A stretch of 22,798 nt of DNA from Hydrurus foetidus (GCA_900617105.1 UYFQ01000242.1:62001-84798); one strand, 5' to 3'; shown: positions 1 to 9,584, counted from the first letter of the stretch. Program-made: numbers and translations. Notes: generated by a model not told the origin, from the sequence alone.

Positions 1-822
1 CGCCCTCAGTCTTCGACTGTCCAATTACAACAACCTTTGTTCGTATTGAAAGGGCCGCACATCTCTCCTGAAGAGGCTGTTCTGTTTAAGACACAGGCGA
101 TACGTGTCCCTGACATCGGATCGTTTACGCCAAGAACAAACGCGGGTCAGTTGCGTCAACAATGATCGTAGTCCAGAGTTATTTCTCTTCTATCGCATAA
201 CGCGCTTAATTGCTACTTATCGGGGATGTTTCCCAAGGGATATACTCCACCAAAGCTCTTCTTCATGAAGAATTCATCGTCGACATGCGCCTTCGCATTG
301 AGCGCCATGCTTTCGACAAGAGCAATCGTCAAACCTTCTATTGCATTGCAAAAGGATTTGTTCGAAGGTGTGATGTCACTCCGTACAGCTCTCAGCTGGA
401 AGCTTTGAAGGCAGAACCCTTCTTACTAGACCAGACTGTATGACTCCGTACCACGCGTGTTATCAGACCTTCCTGGCTTTATCCCATAACTCGAATCGGG
501 GACTTTTTATTAAACTGTGTAGTCCACTTTTAATCCCCTAACGCACAAGGTGAAGGGGCGATTCGAACCAACGATCTGTTCGTTGCGGGTTGATCCCAGG
601 CAGCTAACCACTTAAGCGATAGCTGGTTCGTGCTTTTCATGTAAAATGTAAGCCTTTCAATACCGTTATTGGGCATTGTAACATACTCTGCGTACTACTA
701 CTTACGCGAGTCAATTTTTGTGTCGGTGTACATACATCTCGAAAATGCACACCGGATTATAAATATTTTTTTTTCAAAAAAAAAAAACAATTTTTTTTCG
801 AAGTGATATGCAAAATTGAATT

Positions 823-3800
823 AATTGCATCACAATTGAATCCAAAGCTTTACATCTTTGCTATACTTCACTTATACCTTTGGTTGTGTGTAGTGGCTTA
901 GATCGTACTGGCTATAACAATAATACTGTAATCGACATAGGTATTAATTTCAAATCGATTAACAATGTATGCCATACCATATATTTGACTGTAAGGGTCA
1001 AAGAATCGTCGCTCATAGACTTAATTATTGGCAGAGTCTCTTTAAATAAATACTCGTTTTATAAATTAACTCCTTTCGCTTTTGGGATAAGTGAGGAACA
1101 CAAACTAATTTCCTCAGCAAGTGTCGATTGCTCAGCGTGCGACGAACTACCTGATGTCGAACCGTTACTTTCGCAACGGTTCACAACAATATTATCCAGT
1201 GATAGGATTAATAAAAATTTGATAAAAAATTCAAATATCTTACCTATTGAAGAACAGTCAGTTGTAACACAACTTGATTCTACTTCTAATATCCTAAGGG
1301 ACTTCGGACAACCTACAACCGAAGGGGAAAGACTGACTATCTGTGGTCACTCATGTTGTTCGTCCGGGACAGGGTCCTGCCCGGCATTATTGGAATTAGC
1401 TACTCCAGAGGCCGGCTGTGAGAGGGGTCGGGCAGTTCATGGGAGTATCGTTCACCCTGAACTGACTCGTGACGGTGATACACCTCCCGAAGATGGATTA
1501 GATTACATCCCTCCGACACCAGGGTTTCTTAACGACGAAACGCATGACACTTTAGGCCACTCGCCAAGTGTTGTCATTATCAGTAACGATGAGATTGACA
1601 GTGAGAAAACCGATACTTTCGGACCTTTCCTCCAAGGGACTAGCCCTGATTTACCGCCCGACAGTAACGGGTCAGACAAGTTTCTTGACGAAATAACTTT
1701 CGTTGGTATGGAAGACCAAATAATTGCAATGAAACTTCTCTGCTTAGAGTTTCGCGACTTGTTCAGCAATAAAATTGCAACTCTACCAGCTAAACTAGAT
1801 CCGTTTAGACTGGATGTGAGGGAACAAGAATGGGAAATATCCGCAAACCGGACCCCGGTTCGACCCCAATCATCTCGTAAAGAGATTGAAATAAAAAAGC
1901 CTTAGACGAGATGCTTTCATTAGGTATCATCGAATCTTCGAGTGCAGTCTATTACAGTCACCCTGTAGTAGTACAAAAGACAGCTGATACGTATCGATTC
2001 TGCATCGATTACAGACTCTTAAATGCGTGCATGCAACCAGCTAGTTTTCCGCTACCGAATATTCGGGGTCTTTTTGAACGCATTGGCCGTCACCAAGCCG
2101 ATATTTTCGGTGTAATGGACTTAACTGCCGGTTACCATCAAGCTCCGCTTTATGAACCACATCGCCATTTTACGGCATTCATATGCTATGCAGGCATATT
2201 CCATTTTACTAGACTCCCCTTTGGACCTAGGTGTGCTCCCTCTTACTTCCAAGAGCAGATGGCCACCAAAGTCCTTCGCGGTCTCATATATATGATATGC
2301 GAAATATATCTTGACGATATAATTATATATGGCCGGGGATTTGCAGAGTTTCTTAGTAGACTGAGAGATATATTTTTACGTTTACGTGAATTTCGCATTT
2401 TGCTAAAAGCAAAGAAATGCAAATATGGTTGTAAAAGCCTAGAGTATGTTGGTCGTACAATCTCAAAAGACGGATTATCCATGTCTGAGACAAAAATTGA
2501 GTCTATACTCAACTTTCCAAGACCACAGACTTTAACAGCACTTCGCTCGTTACTGGGTCTTGCGAACTATTTTAGAGGATTTGTACCAAATCACTCTACT
2601 ATAGTCGCACCTTTACAGAGATTAGTTGATTCTAAAGCTCACAAAAAATCACCAATTATTTGGACACCTAGTGCTATACTAGCATTCCAACACGTAAGAG
2701 TGGCTATATCAAGATGCCCTCTAATGTATTTTCTTGATGAAAAGTCAACTATTAAGTTATACACTGACGCATCAGATTATGGAATCGGTGGTGTGTTAAT
2801 TCAAGTTGTTAACAATGAATGGAGACCTATCGCTTTCATTAGCAAGTCCCTTTCTGCAACACAATTAAAATGGTCCACGATACAAAAAGAAGCTTATGCT
2901 ATCTATTACTCGTGTCAACAACTTGATTCTTTAATTAGAGATCGTGAGTTTGAAATACATACCGATCATAAAAACATTACATATATGAAACAAACACCAA
3001 CTTCAATGGTGTCACGGTGGTTTATAGCTTTACAAGAATTAAATTTCAAAGTTATATTTGTGAAGGCACACAAAATCAGCTAGCGGACGGTCTATCAAGA
3101 CTTTGTCCCAACATAGCCAAGTTAGCTTTACCGTTCACACCGGTAGCTACTAGCAATAATGAAATAGTATTATCTGCACTGACAGTTATACCTGAACCTA
3201 ATCCAGAACAACTTGAATGGATGGAACAATGTCACAACGCAATAGTTGGACATGGTGGTTCTTCTAGAACTCTTACCAAACTTTTCAGTTTAGGTCATGC
3301 GTGGAAGTATATGCGACAGCACGTACGTATGTTCATTGCATCTTGCCCATGCTGTCAAAAGATGAGCATGATAAAGGTACCGGTTGAAGTTCAACATTAT
3401 GTGACTTCTTCTAACCGACCTTTTGACGTCGTGAATATCGATTTTATCGGGCCATACCCAGACGATTCATACGTTCTTGTTATTATTGACACATTTTCTA
3501 AATGGATTGAACTTTTCCATTGCAAAGATGCCACTGCTAAATCAGCATGTGAGGCACTCTTGCAACATTTTGGTCGCTACGGCGCTCCCAATATGATTAG
3601 ATCTGATAAAGGTTCTCATTTCGCAAACGATTTGATAAAAGAGTTTCTTGTTTTAACAGGTACTCCACACAACCTTACATTATCTTATTCTAAACAAGAA
3701 AATGGGGTAGTTGAACGTGCTAACAGAGAAGTCAACAGACATCTTCGCGCATTAACTTTCGAAACTAATGATGTAAATAACTACAGATTAAGTCTTCCAT

Positions 3801-4488
3801 TTGTACAAAGAATTATAAATAGTTCTATACACGAAACTACAGGCGTAGCACCTGCTAGTATGTTGTTCGGGAATCAAGTAAATCTTGATAGAGGTATTCT
3901 TATACCCAATCCGGTAATTCGAAACACTGAAAAGAGCTCAGCTCTTATATCTAATATGTTATACATACAAGATCAAGTAATGCTAAATGCAATTGCAAAA
4001 GTAACACTAGCAAAAGCAAGACATTTAGTGAAAAATGCCAAACCATTGACTGTATTTCCAGTTGGTTCATATGTTTTAGCAAAGTATGCTGTGGGGCCAC
4101 CCACTCGTTTACACACTAAATGGCAGGGACCATTTCAGGTCATTTCGTATATCGATTCAGAATACACATTACTTAATTTAGTGAATAAATCTGAACGAAT
4201 TACCCATGCAAGTAATCTGAAGCAGTTTATTTTTGATCCTTCAAGAACATCTGCTCCAGATATTGCTAGACGGGATTATATGGAATTCTTTGTTGAATCC
4301 ATTGTAGAACATCGTGGAGACACAAAACGATTAAATTCGTTGTTTTTAAAGTAAAATGGCTCAATTACGATGATTCACATAATTCATGGGAACCATGGAA
4401 TGCATTAAGAACATGCGACAAACTACACGATTATCTTCGTTCAAATCAAAAGCTCAAGAAATTGATGCCTAAAACTTCTAAACATTAA
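823..4488 (+). CDS. pol: G1 pol polyprotein (PR C-half, RT, RNase H, integrase with GPY/F motif, chromodomain), broken by three 1-nt frameshifts at ~1895, ~3064 and ~4345
   Basis: ORFs 880-1905, 1911-3083 and 3017-4354, plus a further frame ending TAA at 4486-4488. Motifs: IDLIIGR; YRFCIDYR; YLDD; LYTDASDYGIG; HNAIVGH..CPCC; NIDFIGP, RSDKG, ENGVVER; KWQGPF; FFVESIVEHRG..VKWLNYDDSHNSWEPW. Confidence 0.93.
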
Positions 4489-4493
4489 TTTGT

Positions 4494-4595
4494 TATTATG
4501 ATGTGGTATCTTTTGAAGATTTTTAGCCTAATTTTTGCCCTCTGGGTTTTTATGGTTTTTAGTCAGTAAGAATCTGACATACCCACATCATAATA
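4494..4595 (+). promoter_or_regulatory. Predicted structured 3'-UTR RNA element of G1 (multibranch; conserved GTCAG-loop-CTGAC hairpin)
   Basis: 13-bp closing stem 4494-4506/4583-4595; a 27-nt block at 4555-4581 matches G2 at 26/27. Confidence 0.7.
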
Positions 4596-4855
4596 TATGT
4601 TATTTTGTACATACATTAATTTGTATTGATTTACAAAATAAACTTATTTCCACGACCACTCCCGACTCTCTTTAAATTTTGTTATTTTGTTAAATTTTGT
4701 TTTACTATTTTATATTGAAATCTTTTCTTTTTCTTTTATATTTCTGTAATCGAATTACTTTTCATGTAAATATGTTAGTATCATTTTTAAATTTTATTTT
4801 ATTTTTTAAAATATAGCTTAATTAGAGATAAGTGGGAGTAGGGTCATTCTCTGTG

Positions 4856-4872
4856 GAGATAAGTAGGAGTAG
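4856..4872 (+). promoter_or_regulatory. Polypurine tract of G1
   Basis: GAGATAAGTAGGAGTAG directly before the LTR start TGTAGCC; ends in GGAGTAG like the G2 PPT. Confidence 0.8.
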
Positions 4873-5090
4873 TGTAGCCATATGCCATTTAGTATGGCAT
4901 TATGAGCTTCTAGGACTATCGGTCTACAGATCGGTCTACAGGGTCGTAGGCTTCCAGCCTCACCCTTACAACGTGTACTCTGCTATCATCTAGCTAGTCC
5001 ACGTAGAAGTTACCCTAGCTACGGCTTTTCCCTGTAACTAAGACTTCAGCTCCTCTCCTTTCCTTTCTCTCTTTTGCCATTCGGACTACA
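4873..5090 (+). repeat. 3' LTR of G1 (218 bp)
   Basis: Starts TGTAG after the PPT and ends CTACA (5-bp terminal inverted repeat); Copia RT homology resumes exactly at 5091. Confidence 0.85.
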
Positions 5091-6470
5091 AGGTAATGGA
5101 GTTCCATCACGCAAGAATGGAACAGCTGCTGCTTCTCAGGTGAGATTTTGGGAGAGTCTTTGTTGCTGTGAAATAGCATGTCTGTAGCCGGCGTCTTAGC
5201 GTGCTTTGATACATTGTACTTTGAGAGAATATTGCTGATATACCCCTCCATTCGCAAACTTACTTCACCAGGCACGCGGAAGTCCCAATTGATCCCTAGA
5301 AAGTCGTGCTGAGTTCCAGACTTCACGGTAACTCCACCGTAGCGAGATCTCAGAGCATCAGCTACCGTATGAAGCTCATGCTGGCTTTGTGAGGTAAGCA
5401 ACAAATCGTCGACATAGACGAGAATTGAATCAATTTGACCGTCTCTGATTTTGTTGAACACGCACGTATCGTAGGGGTTCTTCGTGTAGCCAAGGTCTTT
5501 GAGGGTATTCGACAGTTCGTCGTACCAAAGAACGGCGGATTGGATGCACCCATATAGTGCTTTCTCCAACTGCACGAGAATAGTTCCGTTAGCTCTAAGG
5601 TAGACTCTGAACTCATTTGATATATCGCATAAGATTGTCGAGACTTCCTTCGACAATATCATCTTAACCACGGGTCCTTTCATCACTGCATTCAAATAGG
5701 CGGCCTTATGATCCAGTGTGAGGATACTGTCACCTCTGTGTGCAGCGATCGCGGCCTGCGCAAAAACTGCTGTGAGGGAAGCAGTCGGCGAGGAGGTTTC
5801 TTCGTCCGTGTACAACGAGCGATCTTGGCGGTGGCCCCCAGCTACGAGTCTAGCTTTCATTTTGTCGATGGCGCCGCTCGGGAGTTTCTTCGGGGTAAGA
5901 AACATTTTTGATGGTATTGCATTCTGTGTGCTGTCTGATGGCTTGAGGCCTTTGAAAACACCTTTAGATATACAGTGCGTAAGTTCTAACGTCACTGCCT
6001 TCTTGATAATGTCTTCTCCGTACAAAGATGTTGCTGATTTGATAGTTAGCGCCGTGTACACGTGTTTGATGACTGTGGACTGCCGCAAATTGTAACCTGT
6101 GTTTAATGCGTTGCGCATTTGTGTCACTTCTGTTTGGATGTCTTCGCTAACGATTGTCTGTTCATGTGACTCACTCATGCCGTTGTGTTCAGTATCTTCC
6201 ACGCTGTGACTAACTTCAGTAACGTCTACTACAGGTTCATCCACTTCGGGCACACTCGTGATTTCCAGTGGGTCCAATACGACTTGAGGAATTTCGATTT
6301 CTACTGTGGATTCGGTTGGTACTATCTCCGATTCCACTTGGACGATGTCCTCTGTTACCCCTCGTTTTGGATCCAGCGCGTATGGCTCGTCTGGATTTAC
6401 GAGTGCTTCCTCTGGGGCGATTATCGTGCTGTCCTCTGACACCGATGATCCAGCGAGTTGACGGAGCCTT
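5091..6470 (-). CDS. pol: Copia acidic linker plus reverse transcriptase, truncated at ...MELHYL by the G1 LTR
   Basis: KMKARLVAGG, LTLDHKAAYLNA, KALYGCIQSAVLWY, NPYDTCVF, VYVDDLL, FLGI; joined to the upstream ORF by a 1-nt frameshift at ~6468. Confidence 0.9.
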
Positions 6471-9102
6471 GCACCGCTTCGTTCGTTAGTGGTGCGGGTC
6501 GAAAGGTGTCTCCAGTGATTTCGGCCAAGGTGCTAAGGTTGAAGCACCGATGCGTTCCTTTGAGATTTCGGGTGGTGCCAAGCCACAAGCAATAATCTGC
6601 ACGGGGTGCAGAGGTGTTGCTCAGCGTTCCCAACGGTTTCTGCAGGAAGCCGGTCGTGCCGAAAGCATGAGGAGCATCGACTTTGTAGCTTGGAGCTCTG
6701 CCACGAAACGCCGTGTAAGCCGGGAGGTGTCCCGGCGAATTATGTTTGGGGACCATATTCGCTGTATGGACAACGAACGCAATTAGAGCTGCAGCGAGTC
6801 TAGATGGCAGCGGATAAGGTAAACTGTAAAGTGTCGATCTTGCTTTGTTCTTGATATGACGTATTGCGGACTCGATGTGAGGTGCGTGAGATCCATGCCC
6901 CAGAATGTTCAAATTCACTCCTAGCTCTTCGATATTTGAACGCATTGATTTCACAGAGCCTTCACCATCTGATGTTACCGTTTTAACGTGGAATCCTTTT
7001 GCTTTATATTGACTTAGATGGTGCATCAGAGCGTTGCCGGCTTTGGATCGAGAGCCCTCGGTGGCGTTTGTTCCCGATGTCGTTTTCTCGTGACCTGGTC
7101 CAAGATGAGTCACTATCACAAGCCCGAGCAAAACAGATATGCTCAAGAAGAAGACTTGGCTGAAGAAGAAGACTTGGCCTAAGAAGAAGAACAAGTCAAC
7201 TTGCAGTTCTTGTGATACGGACTCGTGCAGAGGGATTTGGTCGTCTTCGCGGCACTTGTTGGTACGCTGCGTGCCTTGTCCTAACTGGTAAGCAGCTGGC
7301 GTGCCATAGATGTTTTGTGCGTTGACGAGATCTGCTCTGCTGAAATTGATGTCTTTCATGGAACCGCGCTGAATGATTTCTGCAGCGCTTTTGAAACTAA
7401 CAAATCCCATACGCCTGATAAACTCGTAGGCTTGGCGAGCGTCTACTAGCTGTTTCGCGGTGTAATTGGGAGAGCGTTTGACGACGAAGATTGGGACGAC
7501 GTCGTCGATGTCCATGACGTAGTGGCCTCTCACGCATGTGAAGATCAGCGTGATTCCACGGGCTGGCACTGCGGTGAAGGTATCTGTTTCTTCGTCGTAT
7601 TGAACTGAATGTGTCTCTTTGAGCTTGTGATAGCTGATGATGTTAGCACTCATGAAAGGGCTGTAATATCCCTGAATACCGATATCTTTGATTGTAGCTT
7701 CCTGACGTATTCTGACTCTGTCTCCTGTGATCCCTTGAATTGTAACAGGGAATGACGTATCGTGGATGTTGACCGCCATGGTGGGGCTGCGTATGATATG
7801 GATGCTGGATTGCGTATCAAGCAGGATTTTAGTGTCGTCCTTGGGTACAGCTGTTGCCAGGAATACGTTCCTTGTGGTGTCTGTGGTGCTGGAGGTGCTG
7901 TGAAGTGTCTCGACAGACGTGTAGAAGACGGTCTCATCCTCTTCAAGGGCTGCAAAGTGAACACGCTTGAGCGGGCATGTTGAGGATCGGTGGCCTTTCT
8001 GATGGCAAGTCCAACACTCGATTTCAGCGGTTGCTGCCGTAGCTGCCGCATTTGAAGAGCCTTTCAAAATGCTGCCCTCCTTGCCCTCTAGTAGAGTCTC
8101 CGGTGCTCCACGCCCTCTACCTCTTCCGCCGCGCCCCCCACGACGTCCGCCGGAACGGCCCCCGCGTCCCCGGCCTCTTCCACCGTCAATGTGTATGTCG
8201 TCCGCTCTTGTCAGGTAAACACTCTCTAATGCACCGCCTCCAGTTCCTCTGAATCGAATAACTTGAGTATCTTTAATTTCCTTCCATAGAGTGGAACTCG
8301 CCTCCGGGAGCTCTGCGATACCCCTTCTTTCGTTGTCGAAATAATCCTTCGCGAGAGATGCATACCTCGACATGTCTAGTCGATTGAGGATCCCAATCAC
8401 TAGTTCATCCTCGGGTATGACGGGAAGACCGACGGAAGCTCGCTCCAATTGGTGATCCTCGACTCTCTTTCGGAAGGAAAAACTCGTTTCATGAGAGAAC
8501 ATGCGGAGCTGAAACCAAAGCTGTTGGACTCGCTCCTTATCCTGGCCAGGGTTCCCGCTCTGTCTTGCGATGTGAGTTGATCGGATTCTTTCGATCAAGT
8601 ACAATAAGTCTCTTGCATTGTACGCAATTGTCCATTCTTCATCGTCTTTGATCTCTGCTCTGGATGACTCGCTGAGTTGTGCATACACTAGTGCAAACAC
8701 TGATTGCTTGTGTTTCACTATCTTTTTCGCCTCAGTCTTCCAGTCTTTCTGATCGCTGAGGTACTGTGCGAGGATTGCTTTTCCAAGATTTCCGGCTGGA
8801 ATGTCATCGGGCATTTCTGGCTCCTCGTCCTCCTCGCCGTATTCAGGTGGCGTTGACCAGAATGCGAAGCATATTGATGGCTCGTAATTAATTGCAACGT
8901 GTTCACCCATCAATTGCAGGAACTCGATTGGCTTGTTCTCTTTGCCGGAGGCTCCGAAGTTCAAGCTTGGCAATTCGGAATTTTGGCCTCTGAACTTTTG
9001 ATCTCTATCCGACTTCGGATGAGGTGTTGATGGGGACTGTCTTCCACGACCTCCTCCCATCGCTTGGCCTCTCGGGCCTCGTCCGTGTCCGCGTCCAGAC
9101 AT
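6421..9102 (-). CDS. gag-pol: Copia gag-protease-integrase portion of the polyprotein
   Basis: RGG-rich Gag, CCHC knuckle CWTCHQKGHRSSTC, protease ILLDTQSSIH, CoDi-like pre-integrase segment (MGFVS..ADLVNAQNIYG), integrase DDE (QVDLF, SDGEG, HIESAIRHIK). Confidence 0.9.
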   Translation of the reverse strand: MSGRGHGRGPRGQAMGGGRGRQSPSTPHPKSDRDQKFRGQNSELPSLNFGASGKENKPIEFLQLMGEHVAINYEPSICFAFWSTPPEYGEEDEEPEMPDDIPAGNLGKAILAQYLSDQKDWKTEAKKIVKHKQSVFALVYAQLSESSRAEIKDDEEWTIAYNARDLLYLIERIRSTHIARQSGNPGQDKERVQQLWFQLRMFSHETSFSFRKRVEDHQLERASVGLPVIPEDELVIGILNRLDMSRYASLAKDYFDNERRGIAELPEASSTLWKEIKDTQVIRFRGTGGGALESVYLTRADDIHIDGGRGRGRGGRSGGRRGGRGGRGRGRGAPETLLEGKEGSILKGSSNAAATAATAEIECWTCHQKGHRSSTCPLKRVHFAALEEDETVFYTSVETLHSTSSTTDTTRNVFLATAVPKDDTKILLDTQSSIHIIRSPTMAVNIHDTSFPVTIQGITGDRVRIRQEATIKDIGIQGYYSPFMSANIISYHKLKETHSVQYDEETDTFTAVPARGITLIFTCVRGHYVMDIDDVVPIFVVKRSPNYTAKQLVDARQAYEFIRRMGFVSFKSAAEIIQRGSMKDINFSRADLVNAQNIYGTPAAYQLGQGTQRTNKCREDDQIPLHESVSQELQVDLFFFLGQVFFFSQVFFLSISVLLGLVIVTHLGPGHEKTTSGTNATEGSRSKAGNALMHHLSQYKAKGFHVKTVTSDGEGSVKSMRSNIEELGVNLNILGHGSHAPHIESAIRHIKNKARSTLYSLPYPLPSRLAAALIAFVVHTANMVPKHNSPGHLPAYTAFRGRAPSYKVDAPHAFGTTGFLQKPLGTLSNTSAPRADYCLWLGTTRNLKGTHRCFNLSTLAEITGDTFRPAPLTNEAVQGSVNSLDHRCQRTAR
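7145..7190. repeat. 18-bp in-frame tandem duplication in the Copia integrase
   Basis: AAGAAGAAGACTTGGC at 7145 and 7163, partial third unit at 7181; protein reads FFFLGQV-FFFSQV-FFL. Confidence 0.8.
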
Positions 9103-9114
9103 GGCGAATTGTTT

Positions 9115-9180
9115 CGGATGCTCTCCGTAGCTTTCCAGATGCTCTCTGGAACTGCTTGCTAGCTTGCTAGATGCTCTCTA
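9115..9180 (-). promoter_or_regulatory. Three stem-loops with an identical GAGCA loop in the Copia 5' leader
   Basis: + strand CGGA-TGCTC-TCCG (9115-9127), TTCCAGA-TGCTC-TCTGGAA (9133-9151), TAGA-TGCTC-TCTA (9168-9180). Confidence 0.65.
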
Positions 9181-9584
9181 TAGATAGCGCTTTATTTCTT
9201 TGTGATCGGTAAACCGTGTAGTTTGCTTCCGGTTCTATCAGGCGACTGGTGCAGTCAACCTATTCAGATAGAATATGCGTTGTTTATAACCCTTGCACTT
9301 GTAATATAAACTGTGAACTCCTTGCGAACAAGTCTTTGATTGCACAGGCGCGCTTTCCTGCACTCTCAAAAGCCTCGGGGAGAAGGAGCTCAGTAGATAA
9401 GGCTACTGCTTAATTACGTGGCAAAGAAATATAACAGTTGCAGTAGACTGCACTGTGTATTTCTAAAATTACAGAATGTGCATATACGTGGCATGCATCA
9501 ATGATCTAGATTAACTACCTCAGATTCTCTACACATTCATTACCTATTGGATGCTATGAGCGCATCACTACATTTGAGATTCAG

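Larger units (their letters stand above)
823..5090 (+). mobile_element. Ty3/Gypsy chromovirus-type LTR retrotransposon G1. Gag, the protease N-half and the 5' LTR are not recognisable in the window. It interrupts the Copia RT.
   Basis: PR C-half/RT/RNaseH/IN/chromodomain order on +, followed by a PPT and a TGTAG...CTACA LTR whose end abuts the interrupted Copia RT. Confidence 0.93.
5091..9300 (-). mobile_element. Ty1/Copia LTR retrotransposon resembling diatom CoDi elements. The 3' part (RT end, RNase H, 3' LTR) is displaced by G1; the 5' LTR boundary is not resolved.
   Basis: gag-PR-IN-RT domain order on the minus strand; the right boundary is approximate. Confidence 0.88.

Noticed and set aside
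210..443. Short ORFs 210-443 and 226-408 as genes or gag remnant
   Set aside because: No recognisable motif in any frame I translated.
550..630. Functional tRNA gene on the minus strand
   Set aside because: Box-like motifs are present but the T-stem, anticodon stem and acceptor stem do not pair; kept only as a structured-element finding.
745..760. CACACCGGA (HTG) as a mutated protease DTG
   Set aside because: Followed by a stop and poly(T)/poly(A), and too far from the VCS motif compared with G2.
1893..1911. Programmed -1 ribosomal frameshift in G1
   Set aside because: It falls just before RT, not at gag/pol; five similar breaks occur at unrelated positions; G2 is continuous here.
9260..9584. 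Exact Copia 5' LTR and PBS (e.g. TGTAATAT 9300 ... ATATAACA 9436)
   Set aside because: No second LTR copy in the window and no recognisable PBS, so boundaries cannot be supported.
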